The notes beneath the pieces were generated by a model. The model was given only the letters and a program-made list of their open reading frames with translations. It was not told where the DNA came from and did no database searches. A DNA stretch of 32,000 nt from an uncultured archaeon. GTDB taxonomy: Archaea > Asgardarchaeota > Jordiarchaeia > Jordiarchaeales > Jordiarchaeaceae. The DNA lies in assembly GCA_964510585.1 (NCBI GenBank), contig CAZECW010000126.1, positions 2,734-34,733 of the forward strand, given 5' to 3'. Positions 17,575-25,578 of this stretch are shown here, piece by piece. Numbering within the stretch: the stretch's first letter is position 1; every line of letters begins with the position of its first letter. The position numbers and the translations under genes were made by a program.

Positions 17575-19110
17575 TTGACTAGTTCTCGTGACTCTTTGCT
17601 AAATCCCGCTTTAGGATTTTATGTGGAGGAGATTGAAACCACAGAAGATATTGCGATTCCTCAGAATCCTTTGGACAGGGTTATTGGGCAGGATCATGCG
17701 GTTAAAATGGCTAAGCTGGCGGTTCGGCAGAGGAGGCACCTATTGCTGGTTGGCTGTCCGGGCGTCGGAAAATCTATGATAGCGCAAGCTATGGCTTTTC
17801 TGCTGCCCCCGCCTAAAGAAGAAATATGGATAGTGGATAATCCAAAAAACCCCGAGAGACCTTTTGTAGAAATTAGAAGAGACGGCGAAATTGATAGAGG
17901 GAAGGATGTTGGCGAAATAGTTAGTCCAGATAAAATTCCCTCTGAAGTGGCTATAAAACTTGGTTTCAAATGCAGAAAATGTGGGGCGTTAACCTCCACT
18001 TTAAAGAAAAGGTGTGAAACATGCGGGGAAGAAAAGGAGGGTTATGAGGATAGAAAATACTCATCGCCTTTTCGTGACTTGTTCGAAACTGAAATGTTCA
18101 ATTCTTCTAAGAAACAAATCAAGATGAACAAAATTGTGCCTTACATAAGGAAGGTGGATGGTAAACAGGAAGTCACTGTTTATGAGCAGATAGATACTGA
18201 CCCATTAAAACCTTCTGTGCGTGTTTTGAATCAAAATGCCCTCGAGAAGCTTAGGGAAATAGAAAAGAATAGGCCCAGTAAAGTTCTCGTGCCCCTGAAA
18301 AGGAAAACTTTTATACAAGCAACTGGCGCCAGCGAAACAGAACTTTTAGGAGATGTAAAACATGACCCTTATGGTAACCATCCTGAACTCGGTTCTCCAC
18401 CATACACTAGAGTGGTTCCTGGCGCAATTCATGAGGCTCACGAGGGAATCTTGTATATAGATGAGTTACCTCAGCTGGGGCATCTGCAAACATTCCTTTT
18501 AACTGCTATGCAGGATAAAAAATTCGGGATATGTGGGCGGAATCCTCAGAGCAGTGGCTCAAGTGTGAGAGTTGATTCTGTTCCCTGCGATTTCATTTTT
18601 GTTGGCGCCTGCAACATTCAAGATTTAAGATTAATACTCTCCCCTCTCAGGTCGCGTATACAAGGCAATGGATATGAAGTGTTACTGAATTCAACTATGC
18701 CGGACACTCCAGAAAACAGGGCTAAAATTGCCCAGTTCGTTGCCCAAGAGGTTGTTGCAGATGGCCGAATTCCACACGTTACAAGGGAGGCGATAGAGGA
18801 ACTGATTCAAGAGGCGATAAGAAGGGCAAAGATAATTGATGGAAAAAGCAATGCTATCACTCTTAAGCTTAGAGACCTTGGAGGAGTAATTAGGATGGCT
18901 GGAGACCTCACCCTAGAAGTAGAGAGCCCACTTGTGGAAAGAACCCACATGAAGCAAGCCATAAAACTCTGTTTACCGGTAGAAGAACAAATTAAAAGAG
19001 AGTATGGTTCCCTAGAGAAAGCCTTAGAGAAAGAATTACCACTAGCTGAGCGAGATTTGAGCAAAAGTAATTATCCTGAAAACTACCAGAATCAAAGCTT
19101 GTACGGTTAA
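17575..19110 (+). CDS. LonB-like AAA+ ATPase without protease domain
   Basis: DRVIGQDHAV, Walker A GCPGVGKS, LLGDVKHDPYG, GAIHEAHEGILYIDE, LRSRIQGNGYEV, LRDLGGVIRMAGD. Ends without a Ser-Lys protease domain. Confidence 0.85.
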   Translation: MTSSRDSLLNPALGFYVEEIETTEDIAIPQNPLDRVIGQDHAVKMAKLAVRQRRHLLLVGCPGVGKSMIAQAMAFLLPPPKEEIWIVDNPKNPERPFVEIRRDGEIDRGKDVGEIVSPDKIPSEVAIKLGFKCRKCGALTSTLKKRCETCGEEKEGYEDRKYSSPFRDLFETEMFNSSKKQIKMNKIVPYIRKVDGKQEVTVYEQIDTDPLKPSVRVLNQNALEKLREIEKNRPSKVLVPLKRKTFIQATGASETELLGDVKHDPYGNHPELGSPPYTRVVPGAIHEAHEGILYIDELPQLGHLQTFLLTAMQDKKFGICGRNPQSSGSSVRVDSVPCDFIFVGACNIQDLRLILSPLRSRIQGNGYEVLLNSTMPDTPENRAKIAQFVAQEVVADGRIPHVTREAIEELIQEAIRRAKIIDGKSNAITLKLRDLGGVIRMAGDLTLEVESPLVERTHMKQAIKLCLPVEEQIKREYGSLEKALEKELPLAERDLSKSNYPENYQNQSLYG

Positions 19111-19414
19111 AACCCCCTATGAACAACTATAAAAATGAAAGTAAGTATTTAGTGCAAGAAGTAATTTTGGCTTTTTACGGTTCCCCCATTCTCTTAGCTA
19201 TTCTTGCTTCTTTTTTCCAAGATGAGCGCCAATCAAAAAAGCTAAAAGCGGGGGTTCTTTAAAAATTAGGGGGTTGCTACCCTTTTCTCAACTACGGTGG
19301 CTAAATATATTCCAATCCAAATTGAGCCTCAGTTTTGAACTTTTTAGCAAAATAGACCAAAAATTTATTAAATTCTGAGCCGTTATTCGAAGTGCTTTCA
19401 AATGAGGAGTTACT

Positions 19415-20227
19415 ATGGCTCAGAAAAAGACAGCCCAAGAGCTTTGGAAGGAAATAGTTAAACCGGTGGTTCCAAGATCCCACAAGCTCTATGAACTATA
19501 TTTTAAATATACTTTTATGGGGATTGAAAGAGGTCAGTGGTTGATTGCCACGCTCAAACGTTTTATTGATTTTAAAGGAAAGCGTGTTTTGGATGTTGGC
19601 TCGGGTTCGGGGGGGATATCTATAGCGTTTGCTAAGAAGGATATAGAAATAGTTAATTTTGATGCAGATAGAAGATACACAATTGTTTCGCAAAGATGGG
19701 CGGAGGAAAATGCAGTAGAGCTTAACCAAATGCTTGCCAGCGGAGAAGAAATGCCCTTTAAAGATGAATCATTTGATGTAATTATTTGTAGTGACGTCAT
19801 AGAGCACTTGGAGAGACCCGAAAATTTGGTAATAGAGGTATCCCGCATCCTCAAAAATGGGGGACTAGTTTACTTAACATGCCCAAACAAAACATCGCCC
19901 AGACTAATATGGGAAGACAACCACTACTTTCTGCCTCTAGTCGTATTACTACCAAGAAAATTAGCAGACTTGTACGTAAGGGCAACTGGCAGAGGCCAAA
20001 AAACTGAGGTAATATTTCTACCTACCTATTCAAAACTTGTAAAAATGTTCAGGAAAGCGGGAATAACTCTTTATTCATTTGAACTCGAAAATAAAATTAA
20101 CGAGTTTAAAAAATCTTCACTATACGGGAAGGTTCCTGGCCTCGTGAACTTTTACAGTAAACACGTATACTTGAAATGGATAAGTCCATTCTGGATATTT
20201 ATCGGAAAAAAGAGGAAACACCCATAA
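19415..20227 (+). CDS. Class I SAM-dependent methyltransferase
   Basis: VLDVGSGSGG motif I; FDVIICSDVIEH; LKNGG. Confidence 0.9.
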   Translation: MAQKKTAQELWKEIVKPVVPRSHKLYELYFKYTFMGIERGQWLIATLKRFIDFKGKRVLDVGSGSGGISIAFAKKDIEIVNFDADRRYTIVSQRWAEENAVELNQMLASGEEMPFKDESFDVIICSDVIEHLERPENLVIEVSRILKNGGLVYLTCPNKTSPRLIWEDNHYFLPLVVLLPRKLADLYVRATGRGQKTEVIFLPTYSKLVKMFRKAGITLYSFELENKINEFKKSSLYGKVPGLVNFYSKHVYLKWISPFWIFIGKKRKHP

Positions 20228-20275
20228 ATAGATTTAACCTCAAAAATTGAAAATTACCTTTAGGTGAGAAGAAAA

Positions 20276-21112
20276 ATGTCTAAAAAGAAGACCACAAGAG
20301 AACTATGGGACGAATTCGTGGGGCCGTTCCTCCCCCCAACGCACTTACTATATGCGCCCTACACCGAATACACCTTCAAAGGAATAGAAAGAGGGCAAGA
20401 AATAGTGAATCTACTAAGACGCTTCACAAACTTGGAAAATAAAAGAGTTTTAGATCTTGGGCATGGTTCGGGGGGAATATCCATAGCCTTCGCAATGGGA
20501 GGCGCCCAAATAGTGGGCATAGACATAGAAAAAATGTATCCCCTAATAGCCCGCTCATGGGCTCAGGATAATAAGCAGGAAGTGAATCTCCTAAGAGCAA
20601 GCGGCCTAGATTTACCATTCAGGGATGAAACGTTTGACATAATTTCATGCAACGATGTAATAGAACATGTAGAAGACGCGGAAAAATGCGTTAAAGAAAT
20701 AAGTAGGGTACTAAAACCCAGAGGATTAGTATACGTAACATGTCCCAACAGAATAGCCCCGATAATAGTAATGAGAGACGGGCACTATGCTTTACCCTTA
20801 GAATCGCTTCTCCCAAGAAAACTAGCCGACATATATGTGAGAGCAATGGGTAGAGCTCAAAAAACATACGTGCCCTTCCAACCCACCTTCCCAAAAATGA
20901 TTCACGTATTCAAAAAGGAGGGGATAAAACTCTACTCTTTAGAACTAAGCCTAAAAATTAAATCCTTTCATAACCCTCCCCCGGGTGAGGCTGGAGGAAA
21001 AATAAAACAAAAAATATCTAAAATACTCCCCGGAATAGTCGACCTCTACGCAAAACACTTTTACCTAAAATGGATATGCCCCCTGTGGCGATTTGTTGGG
21101 ATAAAAAATTAA
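20276..21112 (+). CDS. Class I SAM-dependent methyltransferase, tandem paralog
   Basis: VLDLGHGSGG; FDIISCNDVIEH; LKPRG. ORF is open from GTG 20264. Confidence 0.9.
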   Translation: MSKKKTTRELWDEFVGPFLPPTHLLYAPYTEYTFKGIERGQEIVNLLRRFTNLENKRVLDLGHGSGGISIAFAMGGAQIVGIDIEKMYPLIARSWAQDNKQEVNLLRASGLDLPFRDETFDIISCNDVIEHVEDAEKCVKEISRVLKPRGLVYVTCPNRIAPIIVMRDGHYALPLESLLPRKLADIYVRAMGRAQKTYVPFQPTFPKMIHVFKKEGIKLYSLELSLKIKSFHNPPPGEAGGKIKQKISKILPGIVDLYAKHFYLKWICPLWRFVGIKN

Positions 21113-21210
21113 AATATAAATAACTTCACCTGGCTAATTTGGGAAACACCTATAGAAGGTGGACCGTGCGGATTTTCTCCTAAAACTGTAGAACTAGAAG
21201 AATAAAGGGG

Positions 21211-21377
21211 TGGTAGCGGGATGTGGATTTGAACCACAGATCTCAGGGTTATGAGCCGACCGCCCTTGCGGTATTCTCCTTAAGGTCTGCGGGATCTCCT
21301 GAGTGGGCTTCCTCTTCTCTCGAAGAGTTCATCTACCTTGGACTTGGACTCTCGATTGAGAATCCATCTATCCCGCT
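21211..21377 (-). tRNA. Initiator tRNA-Met(CAT) with three introns: 10/11 (21338-21367, 30 nt), 15/16 (21303-21332, 30 nt), 29/30 (21258-21286, 29 nt)
   Basis: Spliced product AGCGGGATAGGGTAGTCAGGAGATCCCGCAGGGCTCATAACCCTGAGATCTGTGGTTCAAATCCACATCCCGCTACCA (78 nt). It has the A1:U72 pair and three G-C pairs in the anticodon stem (initiator marks). BHB helices GGAT/GTCC, GGGT/GCCC, CCGC/GCGG. Confidence 0.9.
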
Positions 21378-21421
21378 AACAAGCGCACTCTTCCCGCTAC
21401 GTTTTAGGTCAAGGAATCTTA

Positions 21422-21429
21422 TACTTAGA
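21422..21429 (-). promoter_or_regulatory. Putative TATA box (TCTAAGTA) of tRNA-iMet
   Basis: Resembles the TTTAAGTA box upstream of tRNA-Gly(TCC) and has an A-rich BRE-like stretch upstream. Predicts a start near 21398-21400. Confidence 0.45.
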
Positions 21430-21549
21430 GCTTTATTTAAATCTATCGTTACTTTTTGTATTCTGAAAAAAACTCTTTTGTCTTTCCTCCAGCATCAATT
21501 TTTCAATGAAGCCAAGCTATTTGAAGTTAGAGGAGGTAAAAAGGAGTAT

Positions 21550-21659
21550 TGGTGGGCCCAACGCGATTCGAACGCGCGCCTGCGACCCTTAAAGGAAGCG
21601 TTCCTTTGAAGTCTTTCGGTTATCAGCCGAACGCTCTGACCAGGCTGAGCTATGGGCCC
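21550..21659 (-). tRNA. tRNA-Ile(GAT) with one 32-nt intron at 45/46 (21581-21612)
   Basis: Acceptor GGGCCCA/TGGGCCC, anticodon GAT at 21624-21622, encoded CCA. Relaxed BHB: helix CGAA/GTCG (one A.G), long intron hairpin AAAGGAA/TTCCTTT. Confidence 0.9.
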
Positions 21660-22114
21660 ACCTGTTTTTGGGTTTATGCTTAATGCCTTTGCGTCCTCTT
21701 ACCTTTTTAGTGTAGCTGTGAGCTTTAGTGGATTTATTGATGTTGTTTTTTATTAAAAAGTCTTTCTCATACCTTTTTAAAGTAATTTATCTATCCTCAG
21801 TTTCTTATCATTGTGGAGTTTTTAAATTATCCTTTTTTGGAGCGGTTTGAAGATTAAAGTAATTTCCTTTTTTATAATAAAATTTGGGAAATTTATTTTT
21901 TTGGTGATACGGGCTGGTGTTACCACAAAAAAGACTAAGCGAAAGAGCCTCAACATACTTGAATGCTGTCCCTCGACCCATTTTTTAAACATTTTTTAAG
22001 CTATTGTCCCCATCTCGCCTGTTTTGTTTTTCATGCTTTAACTATTAGGCAACTCCTCCCAAAATTTTCCTCAAGAAAAAGCTTTATAGATATGGTGCAA
22101 ATAGGATTTGTTAT

Positions 22115-22163
22115 CCAGAAAAATTGTGCGTGGAATTCTTATTGCCCAGAAAAATTGTGCGTG
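22115..22163 (+). repeat. Direct repeat CCAGAAAAATTGTGCGTG x2 (22115-22132, 22146-22163)
   Basis: Exact 18-nt copies with a 31-nt period, over the transporter start region. Confidence 0.85.
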
Positions 22164-24325
22164 AGCCTTCCACAGAAACGGGTTCTGAAATTTCCAAGTC
22201 GCCCATTACAAAGCGGGCTGTTATTTATGGCCTCATTGTTGGCACTCTATATGTATTCCTTGCAATCTATACCAGTTTAAAGACCGGCGTCACCTTCATA
22301 GCCGGCTCGGTTTTGGTAGGATACATTCTTCTATCACTCAGAGGAAAATACAACCCTCAGGAAAACGTGATAATCACCACCATCGCTGAGGGATCAATTC
22401 TGGTGGGCGTTGGTGTGATAGCCAGCTTACCCGCCATAGTTATCTACTCCTGGACAATTAGCCAGAGAAAGCTTGACCCAGTATTCTACTTCGTAAATTC
22501 GCTATTTGGAAATTTAAGTGGCAACATCTGGTATGATAGCTTAATCACTCCCGAGCTTCTAATTGCCATAGGCCTCTTTGCGGGAGTACTGGGACTGTTC
22601 CTAGTGTTCCCCCTAAAAGAGCAATTGTTAAAATTACCATGGCCAGGAGCAGTTCCAGTTTACAGAACCATTGAGGGACTGGGAGAAGTAGAAGAAGCAA
22701 AACGCACACTCTTGAAGGGAATAGGACTAGGAGCAGCATACACAGGAATATTTACCGCTCTAGGTGTAGCCTTAAGGCAGAATATATTTCAATTACCCAC
22801 AGTTTCGGTTTCTCCAACTTGGCTAACCGCACTTAATCCATTTAAAACGTTGTGGTTAAGCACTTTGCCTCAGTGGCAACAGACCCTCATTCAATGGTTG
22901 ACTTCAAATCCCCTCCCCAACTTTTTGGGAATTGCAAACTCGCCACTCATAGGTGCTATAGGATACTTTGTAGGGTGGAAAAGAGCATTAGTAATTTTCG
23001 CAGGTGCTGTATGGTCCATAATTGTGTGGATCGTCTGGGAAGGCGGCAGCCGACTAGCAACCTATGGAACCCACTTTATGCTTCCCATGATCTACTACAC
23101 CTCCATGGGCGTTTTAATATCCTACATAACCTGGGAATTAGCCATAAAGAACCTCTTAAAGTACCATGAAGACCAGAAAAAAATGAAAGAACTCCGCGAA
23201 CAGATAATTAAGGCGGCAGCCGAAGGAAAAATCGACGCCAAGCAAGCCGCCCCCTACCTAGAATTAGAAAAAATGGGCAGATTAGCAAAAATTAAACAAT
23301 CAACCACACTCGCCACCGCCAGATTCAAAGAAACAATGCAAGTGGATAAGAGGAAACTACTCCCCATGATTATATCTGTAGCACTATTCGCTGCAGGCAC
23401 CATACTAATATTTAACACAAACAACCCCCTAAGTCAAAATATTCTAGGAATCAAAGTTCTCGATGTCCCCTGGTACCTAATTTTGGCCACCACCCCCCTA
23501 CTCCCCTTTTCCGGATGGTGGCTTACAGTCGTCCTAGGCGAAGCAGGAATCGCAGCCAACTACCTAACCGACTCCATAGTCGTACCCGCAATCCTACTAT
23601 TCTCAGTAAACCTCCCCAGCATCGTCATCTTCACCACAATACTCGGCACATGGCAACAATCAGCTGCAAGACTAATTGCAAGAGTCAGAGTAGGACGGGA
23701 ACTAAAAGTAAAAGACAGAATAATCACAAAATCAATGCTAATAGGCATAGTTCCCGGCGCCTTCATATCCACATTCATCATAATGCTACTCTACTCATAC
23801 GGAGGATTCGGCACCGCCCAGTTTCCCGCACCAGCAGCCGCAGTTACAGGACTCTTCTTCATGAGCATGGTAGAGCTAAGAACCCTCTGGCTCGGAGGAG
23901 CAGGAGCAGGAGCAGGGCTACCCACAACACCAACCGACCCCACAGCCATTTGGTTCCAATTTCTATATGAGCAGTCTAAACCCTTCTATTTGCAGAGCTG
24001 GTTCATAGGAGGTGACCAGAGCACAGGCGTCATCCCCATAGGCGCCGCAATATTCTTCATCGCCGGATTCACAATTGGACTAGCACTAGCCAAATACGAT
24101 TGGTCCCCAATCTCCCTAGCAGTCGGCTTAATAATACCACCATACATAGCAACCACAATGTTCCTAGGAGGAATACTCAACTACTACGTCTACCGCAAAC
24201 ACAAAGCAAACAAAGAACAATACCAAAAAGAAGAAATGAAATACCAAAACGCACTAGCAGGAGTCGCCACCGGCGACGGAGTAGCCCAAATACTCTGGAT
24301 CCTATCCACAATGTTCCTCATATAG
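22124..24325 (+). CDS. OPT family oligopeptide transporter-like membrane protein
   Basis: IYTSLKTG, YNPQENVIITTIA, LPWPGAVPVYRT, FGTAQFPAPAAAV, GVATGDGV, many hydrophobic segments. True start may be GTG 22157. Confidence 0.82.
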   Translation: MCVEFLLPRKIVREPSTETGSEISKSPITKRAVIYGLIVGTLYVFLAIYTSLKTGVTFIAGSVLVGYILLSLRGKYNPQENVIITTIAEGSILVGVGVIASLPAIVIYSWTISQRKLDPVFYFVNSLFGNLSGNIWYDSLITPELLIAIGLFAGVLGLFLVFPLKEQLLKLPWPGAVPVYRTIEGLGEVEEAKRTLLKGIGLGAAYTGIFTALGVALRQNIFQLPTVSVSPTWLTALNPFKTLWLSTLPQWQQTLIQWLTSNPLPNFLGIANSPLIGAIGYFVGWKRALVIFAGAVWSIIVWIVWEGGSRLATYGTHFMLPMIYYTSMGVLISYITWELAIKNLLKYHEDQKKMKELREQIIKAAAEGKIDAKQAAPYLELEKMGRLAKIKQSTTLATARFKETMQVDKRKLLPMIISVALFAAGTILIFNTNNPLSQNILGIKVLDVPWYLILATTPLLPFSGWWLTVVLGEAGIAANYLTDSIVVPAILLFSVNLPSIVIFTTILGTWQQSAARLIARVRVGRELKVKDRIITKSMLIGIVPGAFISTFIIMLLYSYGGFGTAQFPAPAAAVTGLFFMSMVELRTLWLGGAGAGAGLPTTPTDPTAIWFQFLYEQSKPFYLQSWFIGGDQSTGVIPIGAAIFFIAGFTIGLALAKYDWSPISLAVGLIIPPYIATTMFLGGILNYYVYRKHKANKEQYQKEEMKYQNALAGVATGDGVAQILWILSTMFLI

Positions 24326-24532
24326 AAAAAACCCAATTAACAAAAAGCCCCAAACATAAAAATAAAAAACCCTAATCCAAAAAACATCCCCCCAAAAAAT
24401 AACAACAACACACAAATTCCAACCAAAATCAGCGTTTCAACTTCACTTAAACACACATCCATCCCCTGTTTAGAAAAATGTTATATTTAAGGCTGTCCTT
24501 ACAAACTAAAAACGATTAACTGATTAAAATGG

Positions 24533-25084
24533 ATGGCGATAACTATGCCAAAAAACAATTCTCCAGATCTATGTTTACGCGCCCCCGAAGGGGTTGAAGC
24601 CCTAGTAATGATGGAAACAACAGCAGGAAGCAACCCCGACGCCATAATAAAAGACATCCTACAATTACCAGGAGTAACCAGCATAAACGAAGTAAGCGGC
24701 GAATTCGACCTAGTAGCCATAATAAAAGCCGACACAATCGAACAACTAAACGGGTACGTAGACCTAATAAGAGAAACAAATGGCATCGACTCCACAGAAA
24801 CACGAATCATCCTAAGCGAAATGTACCTCAAAAACAAACAAGAACCCCCAAAAGACATCCAAACTATGGTCATGTTCATCTCAAGCACTGGATACCACAC
24901 ATCACAAGTCGCCCAAGCACTACTAAAAATCCCTGCAGTCAAAAAAGTCTACGAAATAAGCGGCAAACACGACATCGTCGCATTCCTAGGAAACAAAAAC
25001 ATCGCAGACCTAAACACAACCCTCGACGAAATGAGAAAAATCAAAGGCGTCACAAAAACAACCACATACATACTCCTAAAATAA
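24533..25084 (+). CDS. Lrp/AsnC ligand-binding (RAM) domain protein, two domains, no HTH
   Basis: Repeated pattern V-x-EVSGEFDLVAII...GIDSTETRII and VYEISGKHDIVAFL...GVTKTTTYIL. Confidence 0.85.
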   Translation: MAITMPKNNSPDLCLRAPEGVEALVMMETTAGSNPDAIIKDILQLPGVTSINEVSGEFDLVAIIKADTIEQLNGYVDLIRETNGIDSTETRIILSEMYLKNKQEPPKDIQTMVMFISSTGYHTSQVAQALLKIPAVKKVYEISGKHDIVAFLGNKNIADLNTTLDEMRKIKGVTKTTTYILLK

Positions 25085-25161
25085 AAAACACACAAAAAAC
25101 AAACAAAAAACATTCGAAAAACTAAAATACCACCATCCCAACTCTACTAACATAGAAAGGT

Positions 25162-25287
25162 GGGCTCATAGCTCAGTGGAAGATTCCCAAAAAAGGAAGC
25201 CAAGAGCGCCTGGTTTGCAGCCAGGAGGCCGCGGGTTCAAAACCACAGAGAAAAACTCAAAAGGTGAAACTCCCGCTGAGTCCACCA
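25162..25287 (+). tRNA. tRNA-Ala(TGC) with two introns: 22/23 (25183-25204, 22 nt) and 59/60 (25242-25270, 29 nt)
   Basis: Acceptor GGGCTCA/TGAGTCC with the G3:U70 Ala identity pair, loop TTTGCAG, encoded CCA. BHB helices TGGA/GCCA (one A.G) and TTCA/TGAA. Confidence 0.92.
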
Positions 25288-25421
25288 ACCCCACCACAAA
25301 AAAACACGAAACAAACACCACCCCCCACCAAAAACCCTACAACTACCCCAACCCTCACCTTCAAAAACCCTACACGAAAAACTTAATTATCTCAAAACAA
25401 CACAAAAGTTAACACCAAAAA

Positions 25422-25497
25422 GGGCGAGTAGTCTAGCGGCTATGACACCGCCTTGACGTGGCGGAGGTCGCAGGTTCAAATCCTGCCTCGCCCACCA
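25422..25497 (+). tRNA. tRNA-Val(GAC), intronless
   Basis: Complete cloverleaf GGGCGAG...CTCGCCC-A-CCA, anticodon at 25455-25457. Confidence 0.97.
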
Positions 25498-25519
25498 CCC
25501 CTTCAGAAAAAACAAAAGA

Positions 25520-25527
25520 TTTAATAA
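25520..25527 (+). promoter_or_regulatory. Putative TATA box (TTTAATAA) of tRNA-Phe
   Basis: Preceded by CAAAAGA (BRE-like). A -30..-23 placement predicts a start at G25550. Confidence 0.55.
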
Positions 25528-25578
25528 GTTGTGAAAAAAACTTGTTTTTGCCGTCGTCCAAATTCTCCCAGGATAGGT

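Noticed and set aside
19119-19262. 47-codon hydrophobic ORF right after the Lon-like gene, a possible separate membrane anchor
   Set aside because: No RBS or homology evidence; such ORFs are expected by chance in AT-rich spacers.
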